The notes under the pieces were generated by a model that saw nothing but the letters and a program-made list of their open reading frames with translations, made no database searches and had not been told where the DNA came from. From Octopus sinensis (Eukaryota): 8,833 nt of DNA. Below are positions 7,251 to 8,833 of this stretch, one piece after another (the stretch's first letter is position 1; each line of letters starts with the position of its first letter). The translations under genes were made by a program, and so were the position numbers. The stretch covers positions 1-8,833 of the forward strand of contig NW_021828262.1 of assembly GCF_006345805.1 (NCBI RefSeq). The letters run 5' to 3'.

Positions 7251-7660
7251 ATATTATGAACAACAAAAACAGCAGCAGCAGCAACAACAACAGCGATATA
7301 ATTAGAAAAGCTTCTCACATGCCACTAGACCAATATCTGTCAATGATTTCACAAGTGTAAAAGATAGAATAAGAGTAACAACAACACTGACAGGAAAAAA
7401 AAAAACCAAAAAAAAACCAGGCAACATCGTCTTTAGCCAAATAAGTGTAACCGGAACCGGAAATAGAAGAACGGTGACAGCAACATCAATTTTCCGACAA
7501 CAACAATTGCATTAGTTCGGGCAACAACATGGATAACCAGTAATGGAATCGCAACAGGCAGAGACGCATCGATAGCAGGAACAACTGCACCAGCAGAGGC
7601 ACCAGTAATTGGCGTCAGATTTAGCTGTATGAACATTGGTGCAAATTTTAACTCCATAGA

Positions 7661-7723
7661 TGTGCCCCAGCATGGCCACAGCTTATGAGCTGAAACTAGA
7701 TAAAATAAAAATAAAAATAAAAT
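7661..7723 (+). mobile_element. Orphan SINE/LINE 3' tail with a (TAAAA)n end
   Basis: GTGCCCCAGCATGGCCACAGCTTATGAGCTGAAAC resembles 872-911 (GTTGCTCCAGCATGGCCGCAGTCAAATGACCGAAAC). It is followed by (TAAAA/TAAAAA)n. Confidence 0.7.
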
Positions 7724-7789
7724 AGTAGATTTCTAACAGGGTAGAACCGGTCTTACGTGAATCATTATTTTTTCACCTCAGTCTACAGG

Positions 7790-8159
7790 TATATAAATAC
7801 ATACATACATACATTCATACGTACATATATATGCGTTTGTGTGTGTTTGTGTTGTGTGTGTACACATAATAGGCGGTGCTCCAGCATGGTCGCGGTCTAA
7901 TTAATGAAATATATAAAAGATGAAAGATAAGATATATATATATATGGGTGTATGTATGCCTGTCTGTCTGTATATAACGGTTGGTGCATAGTTTTAGGTA
8001 TGTGTTTATATATGCGCGTGTGTATATATATATATATACATATATATATACATATACATACACACACATATATATATATACATATCTATATCTATATATC
8101 TATCTATCTCTCTCTATATATATATATGTATATATATATATGTGTGTGTGTGTGTGTGC

Positions 8160-8205
<46 letters not shown>

Positions 8206-8215
8206 TGTGTGTGTT
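7790..8215. repeat. Compound microsatellite tract: (TACA)n, (TA)n, (TATC)n, (TG)n
   Basis: Includes a long (TG)n at about 8140-8215 and TA runs at 8025-8140. It is interrupted by the SINE tail at 7871. Confidence 0.92.
7871..7932 (+). mobile_element. Orphan SINE/LINE 3' tail
   Basis: AGGCGGTGCTCCAGCATGGTCGCGGTCTAATTAATGAAA aligns with 872-910 and is followed by a purine-rich AAAAGATGAAAGATAAGA end. Confidence 0.75.
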
Positions 8216-8434
8216 TGCAGCACTGAATTTTGTCAGTAGGCAGGTCGCAGTCTGAAAGGGAAGAAAATATTTTGGCAAATTAAATTTAAATGTGGGAGTG
8301 AATCTAACTGTTTTGGTTTGTTTCTTAAATGGGCTATAAACACCTTCCACGCTGCAATTGTTTTCGTTTCATTATATGATCTCAGATCAGGTCAGTTGCT
8401 ATGCAAGTACATCCCCGTAATATATATATATATA

Positions 8435-8590
8435 CTTTATTTAAAGCAGCAGAAAATTCAACAAAACCTGTTACTCTGAGTTTCCCGTTGCCGTTCATCG
8501 GACATTTTTTTCTCGCAAAAATGTCCGATGCACGGCAACGGGAAACTCAGAGTAACAGGTTTGTTGAATTTTCTGCTGCTTTAAATAAAG
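8435..8590. repeat. Long fold-back inverted repeat (75/74-bp arms, 7-nt loop)
   Basis: 8435-8509 is the reverse complement of 8517-8590, apart from one mismatch (at 8495) and a 1-nt indel in the A4/T3 run. The loop is TTCTCGC (8510-8516). Confidence 0.93.
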
Positions 8591-8661
8591 CATATTACTC
8601 TACCACTGGTATTTGAGTACTCTTTTTTCCACCTTGTTTTACATTTATGTGTTTACTCCGG

Positions 8662-8692
<31 letters not shown>

Positions 8693-8735
8693 ATATATAT
8701 AATATATGAGTTGTGTGTGTGTGCGTGTGTGTATA
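8662..8735. repeat. (TA)n followed by (TG)n microsatellite
   Basis: Direct reading of the sequence. Confidence 0.93.
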
Positions 8736-8833
8736 AGTAGAGTAAGGAAAAAAGTCGGGGAGATGAAACGAACTTGGCATCATACGACTAACTGGGAATC
8801 AAAACAGCTTGGCTCACCTGATGTTTACTACGA

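Overview
Eukaryotic, AT-rich, repeat-dense DNA, most likely intronic or intergenic sequence of an octopus (coleoid cephalopod). This is inferred from two tRNA-derived SINE families that resemble octopus SINEs as I recall them, plus very dense (TA)n/(CA)n tracts; no database search was run. No intact protein-coding gene is supported, and most track ORFs are microsatellite or SINE read-through artefacts. Supported content: a Tc1/mariner transposase relic (177-410); a CORE-like SINE (541-922); four loci of a second, Meta-like SINE family, one of them a four-unit 184-bp-period multimer inside a single 15-bp target-site duplication (1423-2183); an L1/Tx1 ORF2 zf-RVT-like relic (3200-3343, minus); two orphan SINE 3' tails; and long simple-repeat tracts. 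The most unusual structures are two unrelated, near-perfect fold-back inverted repeats (2877-3031 and 8435-8590), each abutting a (TA)n tract. The first carries what looks like the 3' half of a Penelope-type minimal hammerhead ribozyme (GAAACATATGTC). Two weak candidate plus-strand exons (3360-3459, 4982-5014) are phase-compatible but unconfirmed.
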